DNA of 64,000 bases from Callorhinchus milii (lineage: Eukaryota). The translations under genes and the position numbers were made by a program. The notes under the pieces are model-generated. The model was not told the DNA's origin. It saw only the letters and a list, made by a program, of their open reading frames with translations, and did no database searches. The stretch lies in contig NW_024704743.1 of the NCBI RefSeq assembly GCF_018977255.1, positions 90,956,001 through 91,020,000 of the forward strand, in the 5' to 3' direction. Numbering within the stretch: the stretch's first letter is position 1; every line of letters starts with the position of its first letter. Positions 13,126-25,832 of the stretch are shown here, one piece after another.

Positions 13126-13985
13126 AGCTGAACTGGCTCCAAGATGACCTGTTCGCAACAGAATCCAGCCAACCCTCTGTAGTGGTCTCAGTAATGGAGT
13201 CCTATAGCTCAGTGGTTAGAGCACTTGCCTTGCAAGCGAGACACCAGGGTTCAATTCCAGGCAGGGCGAAACCTTGGGCAAGTTTCCTTACTCCACACGC
13301 CAAATAATAATCCCTCCAAAACAAAACAATAATAAATTGGTCATTTTCAATCAATGACTGTTTGTGGGACACTGCTGTGTGCAATTGGCTGCCGTGTTTT
13401 GCCCACAAATATACAGTCAATTCACTTTACAGCATATTCTGTGAAGCGCTTTGAGACGTTGAGAAGACGTGAAAAGCAAATGCAAGAATTATTATTATTA
13501 TTATTATTATTATAATGTATTTCCTGAGCCAGAGGCTCAGCAGTATTCCAGGGCACTGCTGATGACTGGCTCATCGGCAGGACTTTGAAGGGCAGACTAG
13601 TCACTGGGGGCAAAGACTCTTCCCGCGCAGCTCTAGTTAACCCTGCAAGCCGAAGCCCTAATGGGTAGGGTGGTCCTCTCCGGACAAGCATCTGCAAGCT
13701 TACCAGACAGTGCTCTCAATGGTAAACTATGTGGTTTTAACGGGTTAGACTCCAGCAGTACCCCAACACACACTTTGGGGTGTCCCCAAGCCTTGTCTCT
13801 TGCCAACCTGCATCTAATACTTTCCAGAATTAGGTAAGCAGAATGTGTCCCTCTTGGGAGAGAGTGTGCAAATATCTCTGGAATGTATTGGTGGGATACA
13901 TGGGGCTCTGTTTGGTTTGGCTACTCTTAGGCACGGTGATGGGCTTCCGAATGTGTCAGACACCAAGCTGTCCAAAAAAAATTGA
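13126..13985 (+). repeat. Unclassified interspersed non-coding repeat, copy A (interrupted by a SINE)
   Basis: Collinear similarity to 35076-35760 (+) and 46195-46450 (-). Confidence 0.8.
13196..13513 (+). mobile_element. Full-length tRNA(Ala)-derived SINE inserted into an unclassified repeat
   Basis: Same family; flanked by taatg on both sides (possible TSD). Confidence 0.93.
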
Positions 13986-14468
13986 TGCACTGAATGGCAT
14001 TTTCATATTCAGTGCTTTTTTATATTAGGTGTTACTCATTATGTTTCAGTGGAGTTTATTTAGAGCCATTTGGGCAAGGGAGGCAGAATTGCAGACTTTT
14101 TGTAAGGATTTCTCGCACGTTTTTTTATTGTGTTTCAAATAGATTATGTGGTGTGGGTGGTTGAAAGCAAAGGAGAGGGCATTCTCATTTCTAACCATTT
14201 TTGTCAATGATTCACACTAACGAGTGGAACATTAAGGACAATGTGCTCTTCTAGATTTTTTTTCTCCATTAACAAAATTGCACAATAATGTTCTACAAAA
14301 GACTCAGTGATACTGAACACCCACCAACTAAGAAGGAACAGTGGAGGAAAACCTACTTGAATTGAGTGTATTTTGTACTGCAACATAAAAATCTTCTTAT
14401 ACAGAAGATTCCCTCACGTTATTAGGCTTTGTAATTCCTCCCAACCAGTTCCCTTGATACTAAGTGTT

Positions 14469-14795
14469 TAATAAATAATAATAATCCTTGCATTTGATAT
14501 AGCGCTTTTCACGTCGGGAGGACGTCCCAAAGCGCTTCACAGAACACACTGTAAAGTGAATTGACTGTATATTTGTGGGCGAACGCGGCAGCCAATTGCG
14601 CACAGCAATGTCCCACAAACAGTCGTAGATTGAAAATGACCAATTTATTATTGTTTTTGGTTTTGGAGGGATTATTATTAGGCTCTGTGTGGAGTAAGGA
14701 AACTTGCCCAAGGTTTCGCCCTGCCTGGAATTGAACTCAGGTCTCTCACTTGTATTGAATACAGCGAGTGCTCTAACCACTGAGCTACAGGACTC
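14469..14795 (-). mobile_element. Full-length tRNA-derived SINE (variant anticodon arm)
   Basis: Reverse complement of the family; shares TGTATTCAATACA with the 10956 copy. Confidence 0.93.
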
Positions 14796-15366
14796 TCTGC
14801 TGAGGAGTTGCACCCAGTCCACCCACCCCCTCAAAACAAACAAAGCCAGATCTCGCCCACAAATATACAATCAATTCACTTCACAGTATATTCTGTGAAG
14901 CGCTTTGAGACGTCTAGAAGACGTGAAAAGTGCTATATCAAATGCAAGGATTATTATCTCCACTCCCCAAGTTGCCATTCGTGATATTATTTTACATAAT
15001 AGTTGACCTATTGAGAAAACGTAGAAGGTCCCTTTAAGGCAGAAGGCAGCTTAATCTATTGGTTATTGTAAATGCCGAGTGCATCTTTATGTAATTTCAG
15101 CTTCAGTCCAGCATTTTGGTAAGTGGCAAACAACAGATGCAAATCCCTGGCACCACTGGTTGAGGAAACAATGGAGTGCCCTCACTTCTCTCATACAGCT
15201 CCCGTTGTTCAGCTCATTGCTCACAGCTGGTGTGTAGTCTGTTGTTGCCAGGAAATTGAAAGATGGGGAAGGAATACAGTAAGTTGAAAAAGGAGGTGCA
15301 TATGTCCCAAAATTATAGACACCTTGATGAGACAACATACCCTGGCTCCCACCCCCAAGATTCTTA

Positions 15367-15573
<207 letters not shown>

Positions 15574-16157
15574 TCACGCCGGGAGGACGACCCAAAGCAC
15601 TGATATGAATGCTTGTGTATTTATTATGCAGCATTAACATTACCTCTTATTTATACAAAAGCACAATCAAATATCTTTTTGTCATTTTTACAAATCTGTG
15701 CTTACATATTTCAGGGCATAATTGATCACTAAGTGCATGAAGAGATCAGTTATTACATTATCATATCAAGTTCAGGCTGAAGGCTATAATGATTATACAG
15801 TAAACTGATAACTCAACCCTGACTTAACTTCTTACTGCCACTTAAGTCATATTGCTGTCAATATCCTGGCTGCATTGTTTATGTATTTATATATATGCCT
15901 AACTTGCCACTCCGGGTAACTTGTCACTGAGCCCTTTTCGCTTGGAGTGACGAGTTCCCAGGACTTTATTGTACTTAATAATAATCCTTGCATTTGATAT
16001 AGCTCCTTATCACGTCATTTAGACACCTCAAAGCACTTCACAGGATATACTGTAAAGTGATGTGACAATATTTTGTGGGTGAAACTTAGATTTCAGGTAG
16101 CTCCTCATTACACTGATGAAGCAAAAAAGACCTTGGTTTAACATCTCATCTGAAGGA

Positions 16158-16507
16158 TATAGGTGACAGGTGAAAATATTCTTCAGGGAGTGCCGAATAA
16201 CACTCAGGTAAAGGGTCGGCCCCTTGAAGCCAGGTGAGTAGTTGGTTTGACTGATTGGTCCAGAGGCTATTCAGAGGTGAGGACACCTTGACGAACAGCC
16301 TGCTGGACCGGAAGTAGCGGGGGCCATGGATAGTTTGGGAAAGGGGCAGGAGAGGGCCTAGGGGTTGGGGCTGCTTGGAGGAATGTCTGTGGTTCTCCTC
16401 AGGGCTTACCCCTCCCCCCCTCCAGCTCCCCTTGAAGAGGTGAACTGTGGGTAGATCTGGAGGGTCCTGCCCCCCACTCACCTTTAGCTCAAGTAATGCT
16501 GCCTATG
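16158..16507. mobile_element. 350-bp non-autonomous hAT-like DNA transposon (MITE)
   Basis: 8-bp TSD CTGAAGGA (16150-16157 and 16508-16515); imperfect termini TATAGG.../...CCTATG; interrupts an otherwise continuous old SINE. Confidence 0.7.
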
Positions 16508-19500
16508 CTGAAGGATGGCATCTTTGACAATGCAGTCCCAGTACTGCACTGGAGTGTCAGCCTAGCCTAGGCACCAAGTCTTGAACCTACAACTTTGTGA
16601 AACTGCTCACGAATTGAGCCAGGCCGTAATTCATGCAGATGATCAAATGTTTGATAAAATCCATAGGATTCTGTATTCATTGGAGCCATATATATATTAT
16701 CCTTACATTTGATCTTAGGTTGACAATGCATATGGCAATGCCAGAGAGAAATACCTGAATTTTGCTAAATTACCTTCAGAGTTTAAGGAAAAATTAGAAT
16801 ATTTAATTACTGTACCTTGGGAGGTCCTCCTGACGTGAAAGGCACTATACAAATGTAATGTTGTTGTTATAGCACAGATGAAATATAGATGATTCCCAAT
16901 AAGGTAATATACATAATGAAAGCAAGCCTAATGGGGTGTCAGTCTTTTCTACATATGCAATCACCTCTCCCATTACTGAGTTAGACAAACCCTCAAGGAT
17001 TGGTATGAGGCTGAAGAATTTGGGGATGGAGCTCCCAGAGGGTGGAAGCATTGTGGCTGAAAGAGGAGGTGAGTTACATGCAACAAGTATGAATTTGTGG
17101 AACAAAGCGAGTGGTGAGGACAGTGGCGCTGGATGAGAGTGCAGAGATAGGGTAGGAAAGGAAAGATCACAGAGGGCTTTGAAGTTTAGCATGAGGATCT
17201 TGAAGACAATTCAATGGGAGGATTCCCTGCCCCCCAGTGACTGATTTGCCCTTCTAAGTGCAGAATGGGAACTCTGGAATTATGATTTTCTTTAACACTG
17301 CACTTTTACATTGTATAAAAGATCAATGTGGAGAAAAGGCTATCATCGTAGCTTTTTGGTGGTTTGAGGGGTGGGGTAATGTGATGAGGCCCTTTTTGAC
17401 TTCAAGATCCTCCGACCTGCTTACTAGCAAACCCACTACCTCCACTTGACTGGCTACCAGACCCTACCCTGGTGAAAGGTGTAACATAAATGCAAATTGT
17501 TGTTGTTGTTGTTGTCAGTGCCTCAATTTGGCCTAGCGCGCTGGGCTGGAAAAGAGAAAGGACTGTGTGTTGGTGTTTGGGGTAATGTTGTAGTTGCTTT
17601 AATTTGGAATGTGGGAGAGGCCCATCATTAGGGACTGCAAAAAAAAGTGAAATCACATCTAGAGGTGTTGAAGCACAGATGAGGGTTTGGACAATGGGAA
17701 AAACTAACGTAGGAGCCAATTCTGGTGACGTTCCAGAAGTGGAAAATAAAATGCTGGTCAAAGTCCAGGCGGATGTAGTTTGAAAGAGATCAGATATCTT
17801 TTATGCATTTTAATCATAGGTTGCTGCTAAATCATGTCAGTCGTTTTTATGAAACAGGTGGGAAATATTGCTGCAAATACAGCTGCACAATGTTATGACA
17901 GAAACATAGATTGGGCCTGTTTGTCAAAAAGATGAAAGTACTATAGCCCATTTTCATTACTGCTGCTGTAGTGGAAATTTGATGCAGAGCGCCATCTAAT
18001 GGAAATGATACAATTAGAATTCTGCCAACATCAACAGCATCTATCATATCAGGACGAGACGATGTCTCAAAGTACTTCACACATCCGTCTGGGAGCCACA
18101 GTTGATTGGGGGGGGGGGGGGGGGGGGGGGGGAGGGAGAGAGAACGGAAAGAAAAGGGAGATAAGAGAAAAGTATTATGGCAGATTTCGAAAGAGAGAGA
18201 GGTGGAGTGGCTGAAAGCTCCACAAATAATGGTGGGTGGAGGGTGACGAGAAGCAGGCCAGTGGTTGCCAAGCAGAGGGAGCAGACAGGCAGTGCAGGAG
18301 ATCAGAGAGGTACAGTGTGGCGAGACTGTGGACTGGATTTGAAAGTGAGCGCAAGAATTTGAAGAATTTAAGTCATTTGAAAGTGAGAACGAGCTGAATT
18401 CCTGAGCAGATGGGAAGGCAGTGGAGCTGAGCGAGGATGGGCTCACTTGCAATATCTAGCAGGTTCTTTTAAAATGCTAATCCACATCACAAGTCGTACA
18501 CATACACGTCTATAAATATCTAAATACTGACTCAGTCAACTAAATAGTGACTAGGGATTGACCTTTGAATAATGCTAGACTAGCACTATTGAATAAACTT
18601 GCTGGATAAGTCAATTGTCGGGTGTAGTCTTTATTTAAAAATGAGAAAACATAAGCGTATGTACTACATTGTCAGAAGAACAGTCTTTTGATGGAGATTT
18701 TAAACTAAGGTGCCTTCCATTCATTAAAGATTCCACAGCAGCGTTCTTGTAGTGTCCTGGCCAACAATTCTCCAGACGATTTGACCATTCACTGATTGAT
18801 TGTTTGTGTTCTTGCTCACCCAAACAGTCTTTGTGTTCACCCCCAAAACAGTAAATAAACTGATAGTGTATTTACCAGTATTGGTAATTACCAGTATTGG
18901 TGAATACTGATAGTGTTAGACCAGCATTATCCAAAGGTCATTCCATCTTCTCTACTTAGACCTGTGAAGTGATCGAGGATGTTTTGACATAATAAGGCAC
19001 CATAAAAATGGCAAGTTCTTGCTTTACTTCATGTTGAAAGCAGTTGCCAAAACTAGAAAAGTGGATGGACTTGAAATTGGATGAGATGTCACAAAGGTTA
19101 CAATGTGAAGGACATGATAAGAGGTGCAGATTGGAACTTGGCAAGTTGAATTGTGATTTCCTTTTAAGACTGCACTTGTAGATTGTCTAAGAGATCAATG
19201 GGGAGATGAACAGAAGTGATTGTTGCTGTAATGGGAAACGAGAATTGAATGTAGCACCAAAAAGGGTAAAATATAATAGCAATACAATACCCTGTTTCTC
19301 TTGCACACTCAGAGTAAAATACCACAACCTACTTGCTTTGCATTATTTGATATCACTAGTGCAAAGCAAGGAGGAAGTGGTATTTTGATATCAAACAGCA
19401 TTTACATCACTGTATTAACAAATGGTAGGATGTAATCAAGTGCTCAAAATATCTTTTTGAGAATAGCACCATCAAGTGCACGATTTTCTTCCTGCAGCTT

Positions 19501-20247
19501 CCATATATTATAGATTTTTTTTTAAAAATGCTCCATTTTTAAAATGAACTTGGCTTCTCAAATAGCTATTAGGTCATTCTGTCAACATATTTAAGAAAAA
19601 AAATCACTGCACATGAGGAGAAAGAGAATAGGGTGATGAAAGAGAGGGAGGGGAGAGGTAACTGCAGGCACAGCTGAATAGATAGATTTTTAGGTGGGTA
19701 CAATAACAACATTACATTTGTATAGTTCCTTTCACGTCGGGAGGTATTTAAAGATAGATAGGTGGGGGGGAAACTAAACAGAGGGTTAGAGGAAGAAAGA
19801 CCCAGAGGTTGGGGGCTCAGTTGCTGAAAGTTTTGATGTGGGTTGCAGAGGATGGCAGCCTGAATTTGCTGAGTGGAAGGGGTGGTGTAGGAGACCATCA
19901 CAGTAATAGGGCAATGCTAATGCACAAAGGAATTTATAGACTAGGGTGATGTCGACCTTGAAGTTAATCCCTTGGGAGGCGTGGAAAAAATACTTTTCCT
20001 TCCCCAAATTTTATTATCAAAGCATATTCTCTAAGGTTTGCAGACACCACTCATCTCGACAGCGTCTGCCGAGACCTGATTACAGGCCTTGGCTTGTCGA
20101 ATATTTAACATGAGTGCATAGGTGATGGAGGGTTGACCTGCCCTCTCATTTTGCTTAACTCTAATATGGCCTGCAATAAATCCACTAGCCAGCCAGACAG
20201 GCCACACAAGAGATCGGGAATTAACTGGGAATACAAACATTGCTCTC

Positions 20248-20387
20248 CACTCGGGGAGAGCAATCAGGACAGAGCGGAGGCTGAGGTAAGCACTCGATCA
20301 CTTGGGGAGAGCAATCAGGACAGAGCGGAGGCGGAGGTAAGCACTCGGTCACTCGGGGAGAGCAATCAGGACAGAGCAGAAGTAAAC
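20248..20387 (+). repeat. 51-bp tandem repeat (~2.7 copies) in the CR1 5' UTR
   Basis: cactcggggagagcaatcaggacagagcggaggctgaggtaagcactcgat repeated; appears in the ORF track as (SLGESNQDRAEAEVSTR)n. Confidence 0.9.
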
Positions 20388-23300
20388 TGTCTCTGAACTG
20401 TCAGAGCGACGAAAAAAAAGAAAAAGTGACGTAGGTGTGACGTCATTTTTCAACAGCCGAACCAGGGACAAATATCAACAAACTGTCAGAAACCACAACA
20501 CTGACGGCAAATTAAAACAAAAAATAAAGATATATAGAAACACTGTGTGAGAAGATGATGTGGCAAGTTAAATGTGAGGTCTGTGACATGTGGGAGTTAA
20601 TGGAGGGCGCCCTGAGCTTGGGCGACTTCATCTTCAGCATGTGTCTGCAACTCAGGAAGCTCCAGCTGAGAGTAGCTGAGCTGGAAGCCGAGGTGCAGAC
20701 ACTGCGGTCCATCAGGGACAGTGAGAGGTTCTTGGACAGTATAATGGAGGAAACCATCACTCCCCTGAGGCTCGGGAGAAGCTTGCATCCGGTTAATGCT
20801 CAGGGACAGTATGGTTTCATCAGTCCTGCAGATAATGGGACCCCTGAGAGAGTGGTGATGGAGCCTTGGGCTTCAAACTTGCTCAACGGATGTGAGTAAT
20901 TGATGGACCAGACACCTCAAGAGGTGGTCACCCCACCCCACACACCGAGGGTCCAGACGGAAAATGACTGGGTGACTGTCCGGCATGGTAGGAAGAGGGG
21001 ACAGGCTGGGCAGAATGCCCCAATAGAGTAGCACTCTCAAACCAGTACTCTGTACTGAACATTGAGAGTGTTGATATCTCCAGGGAGGACAGTGAAAACC
21101 GATTGGTGGAACAGGGGGACATAGGTAACAGGAGCAATGCTGTTGTCATAGGGGATACAATAGTGAGAGGTACAGACCGACGTTTCTGTAACAGAAGACG
21201 GGAATCAAGGATGGTATGCTGCCTCCCAGGTGCAACAGTCTTAGACATCACAGAAAGGGTGGATAAAATTCTTCAGGGGGAAGGAGAACATCCAGAAGTG
21301 GTAGTCCAGGTGGGAATCCATGATATTGGTAAAAAAAAAAGGGCTGAGACTCTACAGGATCAATATCAAAAGCTGGGGAACATACTAAAGAATCGAAGAT
21401 CCAAGGTGGCGATCTCTGGATTGCTCCCTGTGCCTCGGGCAAATAGGTACCACAATGGCAGGATCAAACATATGAATGCTTGGCTGGAGAAAGTGTCCAG
21501 AAAAGAGGGCTTCAGGTTTCTGGATCATTGGGGCAGGTGGGACCTGTATCATATGGATGGGTTGCACCTAAACAGGGCTGGGGTGAATGTGCTTGCAGAC
21601 AGGCTATCTGATGCTGTTGGGGAGGGTTTAAACTAGTTTTGAGGGGAGAAGGGAATGCAAAAAACGAAGAGTTAGAAAATGGAGAGAAAAAACAGGGAGG
21701 AAGTGCAGAACAGGTCAAGTCGGTCTTGGAATGCCTGTGCCTAAATGCACGGAGTTTAGCAAACAAAATTGTAAGCTGGAGGCGCAAGTGGTCATAAGGG
21801 GATACAATCTAGTAGCAGTAACAGAGACTTGGCTCAAGCAAGGACAGGAATGGGAGCTGAATATTCCTGGCTATAATGTATTCAGGAGAGATAGGGAAGG
21901 AAAAAAAGGAGGGGGTGTGGCAATATTAATCAAGGATACGGTTATAGCCGTGGAAAGGGTCGAGGTGCTGGAGGACCCCAAAACAGAATCTATCTGGTTA
22001 GAATTAAGGAACAAAATAGGAGCTGTTACACTGGTAGGGGTATACTATAGACCACCAAATAGTGGGAAGAAAATAGATGAGCAGATCTGCAAGCAGATCT
22101 CAGACATGCAAGGCCAATAGAGTCGTGATAATGGGGGATTTTAATTATCCCAACATAGACTGGCAAAACAACAGCGCAAAGGGAAAGGAGGGGGAAATAT
22201 TCCGAAAATGCATACAGGACAACTTTCTTGATCAGTACATTTCCAGCCCAACAAGGAAGGAAGCAGTGCTGGATCTAACATCATTAGATTCAGAGTGCAT
22301 ATGAAAATAGACAAGGAATCATCTAAGGTGAAGATATTCAACTGGAAGAGGGCAAATTTCAGTGAGTTAAAAAGGGACCTAGCTAAGGTGGACTGGAAAG
22401 AAAGATTGGCAGGTAAAACAACTAAAGAACAGTGGGAAGTCTTCAAGGATGAGATAGCTCGGGGACAGAATAAATACATTCCCACAAAAGGGAAAAGTAG
22501 GGCTTCCAAACCTCTCTGGATGACGAAGGAAATTGTATCTAGAATGAAGCAGAAAAAGGAGGCGTATGACAGGTGTCAAACTCAAGATACAGAAGACAAC
22601 CAAATAGAATATAGGAAGTGCAGAAGAGGTTTGAAAAAGGAAATAAGAGGGGCAAAAAGATTATACGAAAAAAGGTTAGCGGGTAACATTAAAGGGAATT
22701 CTAAAATATTTTACAAGCATATCAAGAATAAAAGGCTAGTCAAAGGTAGGGTGGTGCCAATTAAGGACCAAGAGGGAAATCTTATTGTGGAGGCAGAGGC
22801 CATGGCTCATGTACTGAATGAGTACTTTGCGTCTGTCTTCACAAAAGAAGTGGATGCACCAAATGCTGCAGTATCGGAGGAGAGGGAAGAGGAAATGGAT
22901 AGGATAAGTATAAACAGAGAGGAAGTACTGAAAAGGTTGATTGGGCTGAAGGCAGATAAGTCGCCCGGACGGGATGCAACCAAGGTTACTATGGGAGGCA
23001 CGGGTACAAATAGCGGAGGCTTTGGCTACAATTTTTCAATCTTTGTTGGACACGGGAGTGGTGCCAAAGGACTGGAGAGTGGCCAATGTGACTCCCCTGT
23101 ACAAAAAGGGACAGAAGGACAAACCTGGGAACTACAGGCCAGTCAGCCTAACGTCAGTAGTGGGGAAACTCCTGGAGACTATAATCCGGGACAGAATAAA
23201 TCTTCAGTTAGAAGAATATGGGTTAATTAGGGACAGCCAACATGGATTTGTTAAAGGCAAATCTTGTCTAACAAATCTAATAGAATTTTTTGATGAGGTA

Positions 23301-24524
23301 ATGGAGAGGGATGATAAAGGTAGTCCAGTTGATGTAGTTTATATGGACTTTCAAAAGGCATTTGACAAAGTGCCACATGAAAGATTTGTAAGAAAGATAG
23401 AAGCCCATGGTATAAAAGGGACAGCGGCAGCATGGATCCAGAACTGGCTGGGAGACAGAAAGCAGAGAGTTGTGGTGAACGGCTGCTTTTCTGACTGGAG
23501 ATAAGTGTACAGTGGCGTCCCCCAGGGATCGGTATTAGGACCACTGCTCTTCTTAATATACATAAATGACCTAACTTGGGTATAGCAAGCACCATTTCCG
23601 ACAACACAAAGTTAGGTAGGGTGGTAAACAGTGAGAAGGATAGCAGCCAACTGCAGGAAGACATAGACAGAATGGTAAAATGGGCAGACACATGGCAGAT
23701 GAGTTTCAATGTGTAGAAATATGAGGTAATTCATTTTGGTAGAAAGAATGAGGGGAGGCAATATAGGCTGGTAATACAATCTTAAGGGGGGGTAAAAGAA
23801 CAGAGAGACCTGGGGGTTCAGGTAAATGAATCCTTGAAGGTGGCAGGACAGGTAGATAAAGCTGTAAAAATGGCATATGGGATACTAGGCTTTATGAATA
23901 GGGGCATAGAGTACAAGAGTCAAGAGGTTATGATTAACCTATATAAAACACTGGTTAGGCCTCAGTTAGAATACTGCGCCCAGTTCTGGGTACCACACTA
24001 TAGGAAGGATGTTAAAGCATTGGAAAGGCTGCAGAGGAGATTTACGAGGATGGTACAAGGAATGAGGGACCTTGATTATGAGGAAAGGCGAGAGAGGCCG
24101 GGATTATTCTCATTGGAGCAGAGAAGGTTACGAGGAGACCTAATAGAGGTCTTCAAAATCATGAGGAGATTTGATAGGTTAGAAAAGGAAAACTGTTTCT
24201 ACTGGTGGGTGTGTCGGTGACTTGAGGTCACATTCAAAAATTCAAAATAATCTCCAAAAGAAGCAGAGGGGAGGTGAGAAGAAATGTTTTCACTCAGCGA
24301 GTTGTTCGAATCTGGAACGCATTGCCTGAAAGAGTGGTCGAGGCCGATTCGATAACTACTTCTTAAAAACGCGGTGGACGGGTATTTGAGGAGGACGGGT
24401 TTGCAGGGTTATGGGGAAAAGGCTGGGGAGTGGGACTGACATGAATTGCTCTAATCAACGAGCCGGCACAAACTCGATGGGCCGAATGGCCTCTTGTTGT
24501 GCTGTACGATTCTATGATTCTATG
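20248..24524 (+). mobile_element. Near-full-length but inactivated CR1 LINE (5' UTR repeats, ORF1 Zn-finger/coiled coil + SGNH esterase, ORF2 APE endonuclease + RT, (ATTCTATG)n tail)
   Basis: ORF1 pieces VKCEVCDMW...RVAELEAEVQTLR and VVIGDTIVRG...DGLHLN; ORF2 pieces VAVTETWL, GGGVAIL, VYYRPP, MGDFNYP, NYRPVSLTS, YMDFQKAFDKVPH, LYKTLVRPQLEY. Multiple frameshifts; the KFADD motif is disrupted near 23590-23610; tail gattctatgattctatg. Confidence 0.95.
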
Positions 24525-24599
24525 AAATGCTCGGTTATCTTTAAACAGCATGTACAAATCTCCCCTTTGTCTTGTACAGCTGAGGTCATGGCTTCAATA

Positions 24600-25652
24600 G
24601 GTCATTTTTGTTCCCCAAGGTCCTGCCAACAGCACAGAGACAGTGCTTGTCAAAGTAACAAGTGACGTTCTTCCTCTCTCTCTGTGACTTGATCTACATA
24701 CTCCCTCTCGGCGATGTCATCCACAGAAATGGGGTTAACTTCCACATGTATACAGACGATGCCCAAATCTACTTCTCCTCCTCCTCCAGCTGCGACTCCC
24801 AGTCCGCTGATGTCCTGTCAGCTTGTTTGACGGACATCAAGGCCTGGATGAGCGCTTATTTCCTGCAGATAAATGTCAGCAAGACAGAAGCCGTCTTCTT
24901 TGTTTCCATCGACGCTTTTTCTCCTGCGGGTCTGGAATCCTCAACCTCCCTGAGCTCTCTCTCAAACTCTCTGAACCTGTGCGCAACTAAGGTGTCAGGT
25001 TCGATCTCCAGCTTTCCTGTCTACCCCACATACGTTCCCTGAACAGGACCTCTTTTTTCAAACTCCGCCACATTGCTCGCCTCTGTCCTCACCTCATAAC
25101 CGACGCAGCCGAAACCCTTGTCCATGCCTTCGTTACTTTCCAGCTGGATTATTCTGATGGCCTCCTCGCTGGTTCCCCAGCTCCACCATACACAAAGTAC
25201 AATTAATTCAAAACTACGCCGCCCGAATACTCACTCGCACAAAACTCTGTACCCCCATCACACCAGGCCTTGCCAGGCTCCGCTGACTCCCAATCACCGA
25301 ACGGATCAATTTCAAGATCCTCTCACTCATTTTCAAATCCCTCATACCTTCCTACCTATTTGATCTGCTTGCCCCCCCACTCAGCTGGTTCCGGCCTCCT
25401 GTTTGTCCCTCGTGCCCTCCATTCCACCAGCGGTGGCCGAGCCTTCAACCTCTACACCCAGATACTCTGGAAATCTCTCCCACAATTCTTCCGCCTTGCC
25501 CATTCCCTCTCCACCTTCAAATACTGCCTAAAGACGATTGGTGACCTCCCCACTCTATCTCACCCTGGCTCAATGTCAGACTCCGCCACCACAAAGTTCT
25601 CCAGGACGCTACCCCGCGTGAAGGACGCTATATAAATGCAACTTGTTGTTGC
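24600..25652 (+). mobile_element. Degraded L2 LINE fragment
   Basis: FHMYTDDAQIY, GGRAFN motifs; L2-type tail ctatataaatgcaacttgttgttg. Confidence 0.88.
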
Positions 25653-25832
25653 ATTAGAATAACTTTCTTGATAGCTAGTTGTTCTTGTACGCTGAATGGC
25701 ATCCCTCTTCACTCAACTGCTTCAGTGACTGGATTTACCAAGTCTGGTAAATGGGAGGATGCAAATTTGTTTCATTCTTCCAGGACAAACTGGCTTTTTG
25801 AGTGTCACAGTGAGCAGCTTATAACTGGCTTC

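Noticed and set aside
13558..13600. CTGATGA hammerhead or C-box-like word
   Set aside because: Sequestered in a simple hairpin, with no stem II followed by GAAA.
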